From contig OY821645.1 of assembly GCA_963682135.1 (NCBI GenBank), forward strand, positions 1,248,001 to 1,312,000: a stretch of DNA of 64,000 nucleotides. Direction: 5' to 3'. Shown here in pieces: positions 20,001 to 29,121 of the stretch (the stretch's first letter is position 1; each line of letters opens with the position of its first letter). The stretch is from Methanothrix sp. (lineage in GTDB: Archaea; Halobacteriota; Methanosarcinia; Methanotrichales; Methanotrichaceae). The notes beneath the pieces were generated by a model. The model was not told the origin of the DNA. It saw nothing but the letters and a program-made list of their open reading frames with translations, and ran no database searches. The position numbers and the translations under genes were made by a program.

Positions 20001-20640
20001 GGAGAAGATCCAACTGGAAACGAGAGCCACCTTCCTTGCTCAGGCCGCTTATGACCCGGCTGGCTACCGATCGGAAGGGGACGTCATTATCTCCGGCTGG
20101 CCGGCATATGGCCAGAAGAATGCGTATTGAACCTTTGGTGGTTCTTTTAAATTTAGGAGGCACAGCTGCCTGGTTATAGGTGCGCAGGAATGAGGCGGTA
20201 CTGAGTGCCAGGGGCTGAAGCGTATCGGGATTGCAAATCAGCTCCCAAGGTATGGTGGTGGCCTCCTGGACATCGGTTACTATCTCTACGCGAGTATCGT
20301 TAAGTTTGGGAAGAGCATAGGACCAGATCTTGTGAGCATCGAAGTTGGACTTGAAGATTTTATCGAAGAGTTCGATGCCGATTTTTCTCAGTTGCCCCTC
20401 TACTTGACCAGCGATACTTGGGGCAGGATCCTGGGGATATTGAAGATAGTCCTCGAAGTACCAGCGGAGACGTTCCTGGTCCTGGAGGGACAGATTGAAC
20501 TCAAAGGATACATCAGTAGTCTGAGGGAATTCATCTTCTCTTAGCAGTTCTATTCGAACGTTGTATTTGCCCAGAGAGGGAGGGCTTTGGGTAAGGCGTA
20601 GGATTTGGGTCATGCAGATTGCCCATTTAATTCTGACCAT
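17011..20640 (-). CDS. CHAT (caspase-like) protease + STAND/NB-ARC-like NTPase + TPR protein
   Basis: CHAT His/Cys dyad in HFDGHG and LNACRS; Walker A AGNGKT; Walker B LWIWDNVE; GNPL motif; C-terminal TPRs (NGLGSVYY...ALRNFQEAI). The start may be the internal Met of MTQILRL. Confidence 0.88.
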   Translation of the reverse strand: MVRIKWAICMTQILRLTQSPPSLGKYNVRIELLREDEFPQTTDVSFEFNLSLQDQERLRWYFEDYLQYPQDPAPSIAGQVEGQLRKIGIELFDKIFKSNFDAHKIWSYALPKLNDTRVEIVTDVQEATTIPWELICNPDTLQPLALSTASFLRTYNQAAVPPKFKRTTKGSIRILLAICRPAGDNDVPFRSVASRVISGLSKEGGSRFQLDLLRPPTFDQLGRVLRKAKDEGKPYHVLHFDGHGTYADLGGSSGFGGVNRNTFDSRRPGPCGYLLFENPRQKENMELVDGTSLGNLLREAEVPILVLNACRSAYTESSNEPASAEDAKQMDAHSRVRAFGSLAQEVMHSGSAGVVAMRYVVYVVTAAQFVAELYDALVQGRTLEEAVNLGRKHLHDQPQREIAFRERELLDWSVPVVFEAGTLALFSRQKGEKMFEIKIRENEAIPKRSYLDPTLPTSPDTGFFGRDETLMAIDRAFDSYKIVLLHAYAGNGKTATAAEFARWYSLTGGVDGPVLFTSFERHMPLSRVLDKIRQVFGKTLEEQGIHWLTLDDEQRRSLAIQVLKQIPVLWIWDNVETVAGFPIGTESAWSTEEQQDLANFLRAARDTRAKFLLTSRREEREWLGDLPRRVPVPPMPMFERMELARAIADKQGHRMIDVENWRPLLRYTEGNPLTITVLVGQVLREGLGTKEQIERFVEQLRSGEKEIEDDESQGRSRSLGASLRYGSENAFDEKERRILALLSFFQGYVDVGVLMLMGYNSFSLEEVRGLDYETGIKFLDRAKEVGILTRFDERVYRIHPALPWFFRDLFQKYFKGREDEVARAFVMAVGLMGGIHKQEYEVGHTDVVSALADDEANLRFARQMALKKGWWDAVVFTMQGLLHFYNQTGQWMEWRHLVEEIVPLCVDLKTDGPIAGREKEWSVVSDYRVKLAIKYRQWDEALRIQKKSIEWAWKKDGPALVAAPHKTDERGRNVIRNYIILLSDLAEIQNEIGDTKCVQSYEEAIEKSEAHGFRQETAVISMRLGNMYMDMAGIRNLDKAEYWCLSYLDMIIKSDWLGRSKGLTLMGRLACERFLDTQTAGKPEGKHIEAARQFYQQALKILPENAVDDLATINNGLGSVYYYAGMFDEALRNFQEAIRYADELSDLYAMARFRRNVALCLKNAGRLSDALEYAMSAREKFEACGPAEAKEVQETQNLITELEEALRSK

Positions 20641-20933
20641 TCAACAGCCTAAACTGTTAAAGCTCTTTTGCTGGGATCGCAGATCTTGATAATCTGGCCG
20701 CGCAGCTTGAGGTGCGAGCAGTCCTCCACGCCCGGAAGTATCTTGATGTTGATCCTGCAATAGATTCAAGTGCATGGGGGTGGATCGAGACGATCAAGCT
20801 ACCCGAGTTAAGCAAGATCTCTGCAAGACCAGGCGAGCGGACGTCTCATTCTCGTTGAAGAAGCAATTCAAACAGGAAAATATATCTGCCATTAAGCTTT
20901 AAATTTAGACCTAAGGAGCAGATCAGCGAGCTT

Positions 20934-21119
20934 ATGACCAAGCTCTCGCCACAACACCAGCAGGAGGTTTTGGATTTCGCATTATACCTCGCCGAAAAGA
21001 ATAACCGACCTAAGCGAAAAAAGCTCAGGCTGGACTGGGCAGGCGGATTGGCTGAGTTCAAAGAAAAATATACATCTGTGCAATTGCAGAAAGAATCCCT
21101 GAATTGGTGGGGCGATTGA
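20934..21119 (+). CDS. DUF2281-type antitoxin
   Basis: LSPQHQQEVLDFALYL...LDWAGGL pattern; directly upstream of and overlapping a PIN gene. Confidence 0.8.
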   Translation: MTKLSPQHQQEVLDFALYLAEKNNRPKRKKLRLDWAGGLAEFKEKYTSVQLQKESLNWWGD

Positions 21120-21535
21120 GCTACCTTGTTGATTCCAACGTCTGGCTGGAGCTGCTTTTAAAGCAGCAGCGAGCCGATGAGGTCCGCCAATTCTTGCAGA
21201 TAGTCCAACCAAATGAAATAGCTCTAACTGAATTTACGCTCTATTCAATTGGTATCATAACTTGCCGCCTTAATAAGGAAGACATATTTGCTACCTTTCT
21301 ATCAGATATCCTGCTAGAAACGGGGGTAAGGAGAATCTCCTTGAGCCTTGCAGATCTAAGGGATTTGCTATCTGTTATGCGAGAGCTAGATTTGGATTTC
21401 GACGATGCTTATCAATACGTTGCTGCTAGAAATAACGATCTGATCCTTGTAAGCTTCGACAAAGACTTTGATACAACTGATATGAAGGGAAAGACGCCCG
21501 CAATGGCCTTAGCCCAAAGAGCAGATTATAATTGA
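21116..21535 (+). CDS. vapC: PIN-domain (VapC-like) toxin
   Basis: YLVDSNVW, LDFDDAYQY, VSFDKDF acidic motifs; TTG start overlaps the antitoxin TGA. Confidence 0.88.
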   Translation: MSYLVDSNVWLELLLKQQRADEVRQFLQIVQPNEIALTEFTLYSIGIITCRLNKEDIFATFLSDILLETGVRRISLSLADLRDLLSVMRELDLDFDDAYQYVAARNNDLILVSFDKDFDTTDMKGKTPAMALAQRADYN

Positions 21536-21551
21536 ATAAAATTTGGAAATA

Positions 21552-22358
21552 TCATCTTCCTATCTCCGTCATCGCCCTCTCCATCACCCTAGCCACGCTC
21601 GCCCTCGCCATCCTGCTCTGCACCGTCACTGCCAGCGCATTGGCCGCCCTCGCCCGGGAGTACTCGTCCACCTGCCAGTCCAGCCCCTCGTAGCCCACAT
21701 CCATGAGGATCAGCCCATCCGCCGGAGCCGTTGGCGCGCCATGGTTCAGCTCAGGCCGGAGCAGGTCGGAAAACCAGCTCATCTCCTTCTGGCCAGCCCC
21801 CACCTTCTCCAAAGCCCCTACGATCTTGCGCACCATATTCCAGAGAAAGCCGTTGGCCCGAATGTCGAATATGAAGAGACCATTCTCCTCTGAAATCTGC
21901 AATTTTTGCACAGTCTTCACCGTATCCACCTTGGCTGAGGAGAAGTTTCGAAAGTCGTGCTCGCCCAGGAGCAGCGCTGCTGCGACTTGCATCTTCTCCA
22001 TGCTCAGGCCAGGATGCCACAAAAGATAGCGATACTCTCGCCACTGGGCATTCCAGCGGGCGCTAAAACCGATGGGAGCTTTTGCCCAGGCCCAGGTCCA
22101 GATATCTCGTGGCAGCCGGCCGTTTACGCAGCGCGGGCGGGTCAACTTGGCCTTGTCCTCATCGATCCAAAAGTCGATCACCTGACCCAAAGCCGAGACG
22201 CCACGATCCGTTCTGCCGGCGTAGCAGAAGTCGCCATGAATGACGCCTATTTGTGATAGCGCCTTACGAACCTCGGAATCAACAGTGATCAGATCCGGCT
22301 GCTTCTGAAAGCCGTAGTAGTTGTCGCCCAGGTAGGCGAGCTTGAGTGCAACCTTCAT
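21552..22358 (-). CDS. truA: tRNA pseudouridine(38-40) synthase TruA
   Basis: AYLG..YYGFQ, AGRTDRGVSA, GEHDFRNF, FLWNMVRKIVG, APADGLIL. Start taken at ATG 22358. Confidence 0.95.
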   Translation of the reverse strand: MKVALKLAYLGDNYYGFQKQPDLITVDSEVRKALSQIGVIHGDFCYAGRTDRGVSALGQVIDFWIDEDKAKLTRPRCVNGRLPRDIWTWAWAKAPIGFSARWNAQWREYRYLLWHPGLSMEKMQVAAALLLGEHDFRNFSSAKVDTVKTVQKLQISEENGLFIFDIRANGFLWNMVRKIVGALEKVGAGQKEMSWFSDLLRPELNHGAPTAPADGLILMDVGYEGLDWQVDEYSRARAANALAVTVQSRMARASVARVMERAMTEIGR

Positions 22359-22382
22359 CCAATTTATCCTGGAAATTGTCGT

Positions 22383-22448
22383 CTTTGTGACTTTGTGTCT
22401 TTGTGTGAACGGAACAATTCCTAACCACAAAGGCACAAAGACACAAAG
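22383..22448. repeat. Inverted repeat built from 3+3 octamers (CTTTGTGN x3 / NCACAAAG x3)
   Basis: ctttgtga-ctttgtgt-ctttgtgt ... ccacaaag-gcacaaag-acacaaag; 23-bp stem with 2 non-Watson-Crick positions and a 20-nt spacer. Confidence 0.9.
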
Positions 22449-22465
22449 CGAAATAATTATCTGAA

Positions 22466-23734
22466 CTAAATCTCCCTGGGGTCGGTGATGTACCCGGTGA
22501 TGGCGCTCGCTCCCGCCGTGGCTGGCGAGCAGAGGTAGACAAACGCCTGGGGGCTGCCCTGCCGGCCCACGAAGTTGCGGTTAGATGTAGAAAGGCAGCG
22601 CTCGCCCGCACCCAGCAGGCCGAAGGACCCACCCATGCACGGCCCGCAGCAGGCCGACTCAAACATGGCCCCTGCCTCCATGAACTTCTCGATGAGACCG
22701 GCATGCAGACATTTCATGTACTCCTCCCTGCTGGCCGGCACCACGATCATGCGCACGCCCCTGGCAACGGGCTCGCCCTTCATCATCTGCGAGGCAAGCA
22801 GAAGGTCCTCGAATCTCCCGTTGGTACACGAGCCCAGGAACACCTGATCGAGCTTGGTCTGTGGCACCTCGCTTATGGGCAAAACATTGTCCACATTGTG
22901 GGGCAGAGCAATTTGCGGCTCCAGATCGCTGACATTCCAGCTCTTCCTGGCAAAGGAAGCATCCTCATCGGTTCGCACTATTCCCTCACGAATGGAAGCC
23001 TTGTCCTTCACCCGGGTCTCCAGGTACTTCGTAGTTACCTCATCCACCTCGAAGATGCCTGCCTTGGCCCCCATCTCAATGGCCATGTTGGAGACAGTCA
23101 TCCTCTCCGGGATGCTCATGCGCCTTGCAGCCTCTCCCAGGAATTCGCAGGCCAGATAGTTTGCTCCGTCCGCGCCGATATCACCAATGATTCTGAGCAC
23201 AGCGTCCTTGGAGGTGACGCGAGAAGGCAGCCTTCCTTCTATCATGAGCTGCAGTGTCTTGGGCACCATAAACCAGAGCTTGCCTGTAGCAAAGACGGAT
23301 GCCATGTCCGTGGATCCGACCCCGGTGGCAAAGGCCCCCAGGGCGCCGTAGGTACAGGTATGTGAATCAGTGCCCAGGATGATTTGCCCGGGCAGCACAT
23401 GCCCCTTCTCGGGCATAACCTGATGGCATACCCCGCAGAGTATGTCGTAGTTTAAGATGCCCTGCTCCTGCGCGAATTTGCGGAGCATGATGTGATTTTC
23501 CGCTGCCTTCAGGCTATCCGCGGGAACCTGATGATCAAAGAGCAGGACGATTTTCGCAGGATCCCATACCCGAGCATCCTTGCCCGCGATCTCGTAAAAT
23601 CCCTTGACCGCCAGCGGACCGGTGATGTCGTGTATCATAGCGCCGTCTATGTCCGCCATGACGAACTCGCCCGCATGTGCCTCTTTTGCTGCCGCATTGG
23701 AAAATATCTTCTCAGACAGAGTTTGGCCACTCAT
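22466..23734 (-). CDS. leuC: 3-isopropylmalate dehydratase (isopropylmalate/citramalate isomerase) large subunit
   Basis: [47 protein letters not shown]. The homoaconitase paralogue is not fully excluded. Confidence 0.88.
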   Translation of the reverse strand: MSGQTLSEKIFSNAAAKEAHAGEFVMADIDGAMIHDITGPLAVKGFYEIAGKDARVWDPAKIVLLFDHQVPADSLKAAENHIMLRKFAQEQGILNYDILCGVCHQVMPEKGHVLPGQIILGTDSHTCTYGALGAFATGVGSTDMASVFATGKLWFMVPKTLQLMIEGRLPSRVTSKDAVLRIIGDIGADGANYLACEFLGEAARRMSIPERMTVSNMAIEMGAKAGIFEVDEVTTKYLETRVKDKASIREGIVRTDEDASFARKSWNVSDLEPQIALPHNVDNVLPISEVPQTKLDQVFLGSCTNGRFEDLLLASQMMKGEPVARGVRMIVVPASREEYMKCLHAGLIEKFMEAGAMFESACCGPCMGGSFGLLGAGERCLSTSNRNFVGRQGSPQAFVYLCSPATAGASAITGYITDPREI

Positions 23735-23893
23735 GGCAAGGTCCATCTCATCCATGATAAATAAATCCTTACCTCGAAGCCGGATTGATATCATGCAAAA
23801 AATCATCAGACCCGTTCAAAGCCTTTAAATAAATCCGATAACACCAACGATGTACAGAAGATTGCATCATAGTTTAAAGATGGAGTGTCCCCG

Positions 23894-25246
23894 ATGAAGA
23901 TCAAGTACTTGCTCGACGAGGAAGAGATACCCAAGAAGTGGTACAACGTAGCCGCCGACATGCCCACGCCCCTGGACCCGCCTCTGCATCCCGGTACGCT
24001 TAAACCGCTCTGTGCCGCAGACATGGAAATGATCTTTCCAAAAGCTCTCATCCAGCAGGAGATGAGCACAGATCGCTGGATAAACATCCCGGAAGAAGTG
24101 CGCGACATCTACCGGCTCTGGCGGCCTACTCCCCTTTACCGAGCCGCAGCCCTGGAGAAGGCTCTGCAAACTCCTGCCAAGATATACTACAAATATGAAG
24201 GCGTGAGCCCCGCCGGCAGCCACAAGCCCAATACTGCCGTCCCTCAGGCCTATTACAACATGAAGGAGGGTATAGAGCGGCTGGCCACGGAGACCGGCGC
24301 CGGGCAGTGGGGATCGGCACTCTCTTTGGCCACCTGCCTCTTCGGCCTGAAATGCACCGTTTACATGGTTCGATCAAGTTTCGACAGCAAGCCCTACCGT
24401 AAGAGCGCCATGCGCGTCTGGGGTGCTGAATGCTTTGCCAGCCCATCCGATAAGACCAATTTCGGCAGAAAGATACTGGCAGAGATTCCGGACACACCGG
24501 GCTCTCTGGGCATAGCGATCTCCGAAGCGGTAGAGGATGCAGCCAGCCACAGTGATACCAATTATGCCCTTGGCTCGGTGCTAAACCATGTTCTCCTCCA
24601 TCAGACCATCGAGGGTCTGGAGCTTAGGAAGCAGTTCGATCTGGCCGACGACTATCCGGATATCATGTACGGCTGCTGCGGCGGAGGAAGCAATTTCCCG
24701 GGTATGGTTTTCCCATTCGTACCTGACAAGATGAAGGACAAGAAGGATCTGCGCATGGTGGCCTGCGAGCCATCTGCCTGTCCCTCGCTCACCAAGGGAC
24801 TTTATGCCTATGACTTCGGCGATACCGCCGGCATGGCACCGGTGATCAAAATGTTCACCCTGGGACATGACTTTATCCCGCCCGGCATTCATGCTGGCGG
24901 CCTGCGCTATCATGGAGACGCACCCCTGCTCTGTAATCTGGTGCATGACGGCCTTATCGAGGCCACAGCCCTGCAACAGACAGAAGTCTTCGAAGCCGCC
25001 ACACTATTTGCGCGCTGCGAAGGCATAATTCCAGCGCCGGAGGCGGCTCATGCCATCAAGCCGGCGATAGACGAGGCACGAAGGTGCAGGAAGACGGGCG
25101 AGACAAAGACCATCTTCATCTCCCTTACCGGTCACGGCCACTTCGACCTGGCAGCTTATGATGCCTACAACGATGGCAAGCTTGTGGACTATGAATATCC
25201 GGCGGATCTGGTGAAGCAGTCTCTTGCCAAGCTACCCCAGGTCTAA
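23894..25246 (+). CDS. trpB2: Tryptophan synthase beta chain 2 (TrpB2, stand-alone PLP enzyme)
   Basis: GSHKPN (PLP lysine), [23 protein letters not shown]; no trpA nearby. Confidence 0.93.
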   Translation: MKIKYLLDEEEIPKKWYNVAADMPTPLDPPLHPGTLKPLCAADMEMIFPKALIQQEMSTDRWINIPEEVRDIYRLWRPTPLYRAAALEKALQTPAKIYYKYEGVSPAGSHKPNTAVPQAYYNMKEGIERLATETGAGQWGSALSLATCLFGLKCTVYMVRSSFDSKPYRKSAMRVWGAECFASPSDKTNFGRKILAEIPDTPGSLGIAISEAVEDAASHSDTNYALGSVLNHVLLHQTIEGLELRKQFDLADDYPDIMYGCCGGGSNFPGMVFPFVPDKMKDKKDLRMVACEPSACPSLTKGLYAYDFGDTAGMAPVIKMFTLGHDFIPPGIHAGGLRYHGDAPLLCNLVHDGLIEATALQQTEVFEAATLFARCEGIIPAPEAAHAIKPAIDEARRCRKTGETKTIFISLTGHGHFDLAAYDAYNDGKLVDYEYPADLVKQSLAKLPQV

Positions 25247-26363
25247 GATTGGCTTCCTGATCAACCCCATAGCCGGCATGGGCGGTTGTGTCGGGCTGAA
25301 AGGCACGGACGGCCTGGCGGGCCAGGCTTTTGCCAGAGGGGCAAGGCCTCAGGCGATAGAGAGAGCTAAAGCATGTCTGCGGCTGATATCTCGGGAGGCG
25401 GAAGGCCTCCTCTTTTTTGCCGCCAGCGGCGAGATGGGCGAAAGCGCATTGTTGGAATGCGGTCTGCGTTGCCAGACAGTCTACCCGTCCCCGCCAATCT
25501 CAGGGTCCTCTGACACAAAGGTCGCTTGCCGGACTTTCCTGGAAAATGGCGTTGATTTAATCTTATTTTGCGGAGGCGACGGAACGGCACGGGATGTAGC
25601 CAGCGTCGCCGGTCAGGTGCCAATTTTGGGCATCCCTGCGGGGGTCAAGATGCATTCCGGCGTCTTTGCCATCAGCCCTCAGGCCGCTGCGGAACTTACT
25701 CTTGGCTTTGCTCGGAGCGAACTGTTGGCCCGGGAGACAGAGATCGTGGATGTGGACGAGGAGCTTTACCGCGCCGGAGAGCTGCAGACAAAGCTTTATG
25801 CTACCGCTAAGACGCCCTACAAATCAGTTCTAGTGCAGGAGCGAAAGAGGACCTATGTTTCCGGCGATGAGGAAGAGTTCAAGTATCAGATCGCTCTCTT
25901 TGCCTCCGAATTCATGAGGGACGGATCCGCGTATATTCTGGGCGCAGGAACTACTACCAGCAGGATTGCCGAACTTTTGGGATTGGAGAAGACGCTGCTT
26001 GGCGTAGATGTAATTCAGAAGGGAAAGCTACTCCTCAAGGACGCCTCTGAGAGGGACCTCCTGGCTTTGCTGGACAATGAGAAAAATGTCAAGGTCATTG
26101 TCAGTCCCATAGGTGCCCAGGGCTTCATCCTTGGACGGGGCAGCCAGCAGATCAGCGCCGCTGTCCTGCGGCGCGTGGGTGAAGAGAATTTGATAATCAT
26201 ATCCACGCCCCATAAGCTGGCGGAGCTGTCACGACTACTGGTGGACACAGGCGACGAGCAGATGGATAGAATCCTGGCAGGCAAAAGGATGGTTGTCACA
26301 GGCTACCGCATTGCGCAGAAAAAAGAGACTGCTGCGGCATCAGTTCTTCCAGAATTTCCATAG
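25224..26363 (+). CDS. ATP-NAD kinase family protein
   Basis: [38 protein letters not shown]-like motif. Confidence 0.85.
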   Translation: MPSYPRSKIGFLINPIAGMGGCVGLKGTDGLAGQAFARGARPQAIERAKACLRLISREAEGLLFFAASGEMGESALLECGLRCQTVYPSPPISGSSDTKVACRTFLENGVDLILFCGGDGTARDVASVAGQVPILGIPAGVKMHSGVFAISPQAAAELTLGFARSELLARETEIVDVDEELYRAGELQTKLYATAKTPYKSVLVQERKRTYVSGDEEEFKYQIALFASEFMRDGSAYILGAGTTTSRIAELLGLEKTLLGVDVIQKGKLLLKDASERDLLALLDNEKNVKVIVSPIGAQGFILGRGSQQISAAVLRRVGEENLIIISTPHKLAELSRLLVDTGDEQMDRILAGKRMVVTGYRIAQKKETAAASVLPEFP

Positions 26364-26404
26364 ACACTCGTTTATGTGGAAATAGTAAGGATAACCGTAA
26401 GAGT

Positions 26405-26430
26405 CATATACCTAAATTAGTTAGGATATG
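26405..26430. promoter_or_regulatory. Imperfect palindrome, candidate MarR operator
   Basis: CATATACCTAA-attag-TTAGGATATG at the start of the MarR gene. Confidence 0.4.
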
Positions 26431-26985
26431 CTTACTACTATGAACACATCAATAATTCAACTCAGAAAATCCATTGCCCTTTTGCAGGTGAGCATGAACA
26501 GGATCCTGGGCAAGGATAAGGGAAAGAAGGATGAGATCTCCTCAATAGGCATATCTATTCTCCACTTCTCATATTACCGGAAAATGAGAATGAGCGATAT
26601 TGCCAGAATACATAACGTCAGCAAGAGTACGGCCACAGATTATATCGACAACCTGGAGAGGCGGGGTTATGTGCGCCGAATGAGAGGTGCAGACGATATG
26701 AGAGATGTCTTCATCGAGCCTACCCGCAAGGGCAAGGAGTGGGTTGAAGGAATGGATCAATTGATTCACGATTATATGCAAGAGGGGCTTTCCCGACTTG
26801 ACACGGAGGAACAGGTACAATTCATCGCCCTCTTCTCGAAGTTTGTCGGGGTCAGAGATGATATCCCCTACGATAAAGTGATGGAGAATCTAATGAAACG
26901 CCCTCTGAGAAAGGATGAAAAAGGCTCGAATTCTGCTTTGACAAACTCGGTCAAGAAACTGGCGGATGATTCTCCCCATGATTGA
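26428..26985 (+). CDS. MarR-family transcriptional regulator
   Basis: wHTH MSDIARIHNVSKSTATDYIDNLERRGYVRR...DMR...TRKG; upstream of an MFS exporter. Confidence 0.88.
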   Translation: MLTTMNTSIIQLRKSIALLQVSMNRILGKDKGKKDEISSIGISILHFSYYRKMRMSDIARIHNVSKSTATDYIDNLERRGYVRRMRGADDMRDVFIEPTRKGKEWVEGMDQLIHDYMQEGLSRLDTEEQVQFIALFSKFVGVRDDIPYDKVMENLMKRPLRKDEKGSNSALTNSVKKLADDSPHD

Positions 26986-28441
26986 GTTGAATAGAGAAAA
27001 CGAGAGCCATAAAGAGGATAGAGACCCCGGTGGCCCTCAGGTATGGGAAGGACATCCCCATCGGTACCCAATATTGTTTGTAATCCTCATTGGCATATTG
27101 ATGTTCGTGGTGGACGCCGTAGTAGTAAGCATTGCCCTTCCTACCATGACAACATACTTTCATGCCAGCGTAGCTCTGACTCAGTGGATTATAACCGCGT
27201 ACCTCATTTCTATCACCAGCCTGCTCCTCATTTGCGGCAGGATCTCAGAATATACGGGTAGGTCCAGGATGTTCCTGGTAGGCATCATCCTATTTACCAT
27301 CAGCTCTCTTGGCTGTGGCATCTCCTCTAGCCTTTCCATGCTAATTCTCTTCAGAATCCTTCAGGCTGCTGGCGGGGCAATGGCCTTCTCCATCAGTGCA
27401 GCTCTTATCTTTCAGACCTTCCCCAAGGGTGAGCTGGGAAGAGCTATGGGATATATTGGGTCTACGATTGCTGTGGGGAGCATAGCTGGACCCGTCCTTG
27501 GTGGCTACGTCGTGGATCTCCTGGGATGGCAGTACATATTCCTCATAAACGTTCCAATAGGCATTACGCTTCTTCTGCTTGCCATGAGGTACCTGAAGAT
27601 AGACGAGATAAGGCGAGATCGGCTGGAGATGGACTGGATAGGGGCAGGAACAATGATCTTCTTCATGGTCGCCTTGATGCTCTTCCTGGGAGAGCTGGCA
27701 TCTCATATCAGCCTAGGCCTGAGAACTGCAGCCTACGCCTTGATGTTCTTTGGCGGATTTTCGGCCTTTATTGCAAACGAGCGGATACACAGGCGGCCAT
27801 TGCTGGATCTATCAGTATTTAACGAGCTGAAATTTACCTTGCCAGGCATTAGCATGATGCTCTACTTCGTATGTAATTTCATGATGGTAATTGCAGGTCC
27901 TTTCTTCCTTCAGGGTGCGATGAAGCTCTCGTCGTCACAGGTAGGTACAATATACTTGATAGTCCCGACGATAGTTGTAATTGGGTCACCTCTTGCGGGC
28001 TGGCTTTATGATAGATTTCACTATAGATATCATGCTGCCATCGGCATGCTGATAATGACAACTGGCTTCCTGCTCATGAGCTATATGTCCCGCAGAATGG
28101 ATCTCGCTCATTATATTCTGGCATATCTGCCCTTGGGTATAGGCAGTTCCCTCTTTCAGAGCCCTAACAATGCAGAGATCATGAGTGCTCTGCCTCCGGA
28201 AAAGCTGGGCATGGCTTCAAGCCTCACCGCCACTATAAGAAATCTCGGCATGGCCCTGGGAACCTCTGCATCTGGCATTCTGGTATCCTGGCAGCTCAGC
28301 CAGGCAGATTATTACGGTCCCATCTTACAGGCAAGTCCAGAGTTGCTTTCTGCTACCATAAGCAATATAATCTTCATAGCAGGGGCTATATGTGCGCTAG
28401 GAGCTATGGCATCTTTGATGCGAAATATGAGAACTGAATGA
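26966..28441 (+). CDS. MFS drug:H+ antiporter (DHA2/EmrB-QacA-like)
   Basis: Many hydrophobic segments; VSIALPTM, GRISEYTGR, GPVLGG, WQYIFLINVPIG motifs. Confidence 0.9.
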   Translation: MILPMIELNRENESHKEDRDPGGPQVWEGHPHRYPILFVILIGILMFVVDAVVVSIALPTMTTYFHASVALTQWIITAYLISITSLLLICGRISEYTGRSRMFLVGIILFTISSLGCGISSSLSMLILFRILQAAGGAMAFSISAALIFQTFPKGELGRAMGYIGSTIAVGSIAGPVLGGYVVDLLGWQYIFLINVPIGITLLLLAMRYLKIDEIRRDRLEMDWIGAGTMIFFMVALMLFLGELASHISLGLRTAAYALMFFGGFSAFIANERIHRRPLLDLSVFNELKFTLPGISMMLYFVCNFMMVIAGPFFLQGAMKLSSSQVGTIYLIVPTIVVIGSPLAGWLYDRFHYRYHAAIGMLIMTTGFLLMSYMSRRMDLAHYILAYLPLGIGSSLFQSPNNAEIMSALPPEKLGMASSLTATIRNLGMALGTSASGILVSWQLSQADYYGPILQASPELLSATISNIIFIAGAICALGAMASLMRNMRTE

Positions 28442-28480
28442 GGGCATGAGCATCCCGGCTTGCCGCGGCTTCCCTTCGAT

Positions 28481-28545
28481 TCAATGGGAAGCAAGAGCGC
28501 TCTCTTTCGAAGCCCCAACAACACCGAGATCATGAGAGCGCTGAC
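28481..28545 (+). pseudogene. Short remnant of a second MFS gene
   Basis: GSKSALFRSPNNTEIMRAL resembles GIGSSLFQSPNNAEIMSAL in the adjacent MFS gene (about 28135-28192), with DNA-level similarity as well. Confidence 0.65.
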
Positions 28546-28580
28546 AATACATTTATATTGGCATTACTGTATTTCTCTTC

Positions 28581-28925
28581 ATGAATTCCCTTGCTCTAAT
28601 TCCCGTAATTTTGTTGCTGCAAGCGTCATACTTCGATATGCAGGGCACTATTGTGGATGTCATCTCGCCGTCCAGCCTCTTGATTGGAAATATCACGGTT
28701 AATTTGGCGGATGTGGACGCCTCCGGTCTCACTACAAGACAATATGCTTATCTGATGAATGATCTCAAGAGCAGCCTGCCAGGAAAGGATGCATTCGTCA
28801 AAGGCGGATATGTATTTTTTGATTTAACAGGAAGCTACAATTCACACAGCATCAATGAGATGACTGCAAAAGAGATCTCAGACCTAAAGGAATCATGTAA
28901 ATTCGTCTATGATGAAGACTGTTAA
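28581..28925 (+). CDS. Hypothetical exported protein (possible degenerate thermonuclease-like OB fold)
   Basis: Hydrophobic N-terminus; GTIVDVISPSSLLIG..VNLADVDA resembles an SNase N-terminus lacking the DGDT motif. Confidence 0.5.
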   Translation: MNSLALIPVILLLQASYFDMQGTIVDVISPSSLLIGNITVNLADVDASGLTTRQYAYLMNDLKSSLPGKDAFVKGGYVFFDLTGSYNSHSINEMTAKEISDLKESCKFVYDEDC

Positions 28926-29121
28926 AGCCTATTGCGTATAATATTGCCACGCTCTAATAATATATTTTCCGTAGAGAACCCAGATAAGAACGAAAATCCC
29001 AAAAATAATATAGAGGTTGGTGATATACACCAACCACTGAAGAAGACGCATCTTCTTCTCAGCCGTTCCAAACCAGCCCTCTGCTTTTCGCTCAAACCAG
29101 TTGGACATGGGCTTTAGACGA

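Noticed and set aside
20650-20760. Short minus-strand protein-like stretch (RINIKILPGVEDCSHLKLRGQIIKICDPSKRALTV*) upstream of the CHAT gene
   Set aside because: No recognisable family or convincing start; possibly a remnant, but it cannot be supported.
11573-21535. Calling the STAND island a mobile element
   Set aside because: No integrase, transposase, att repeats or terminal repeats were seen.
22383-22448. CRISPR mini-array
   Set aside because: The units are 8-nt tandem repeats with no spacers, and there are no cas genes in the window.
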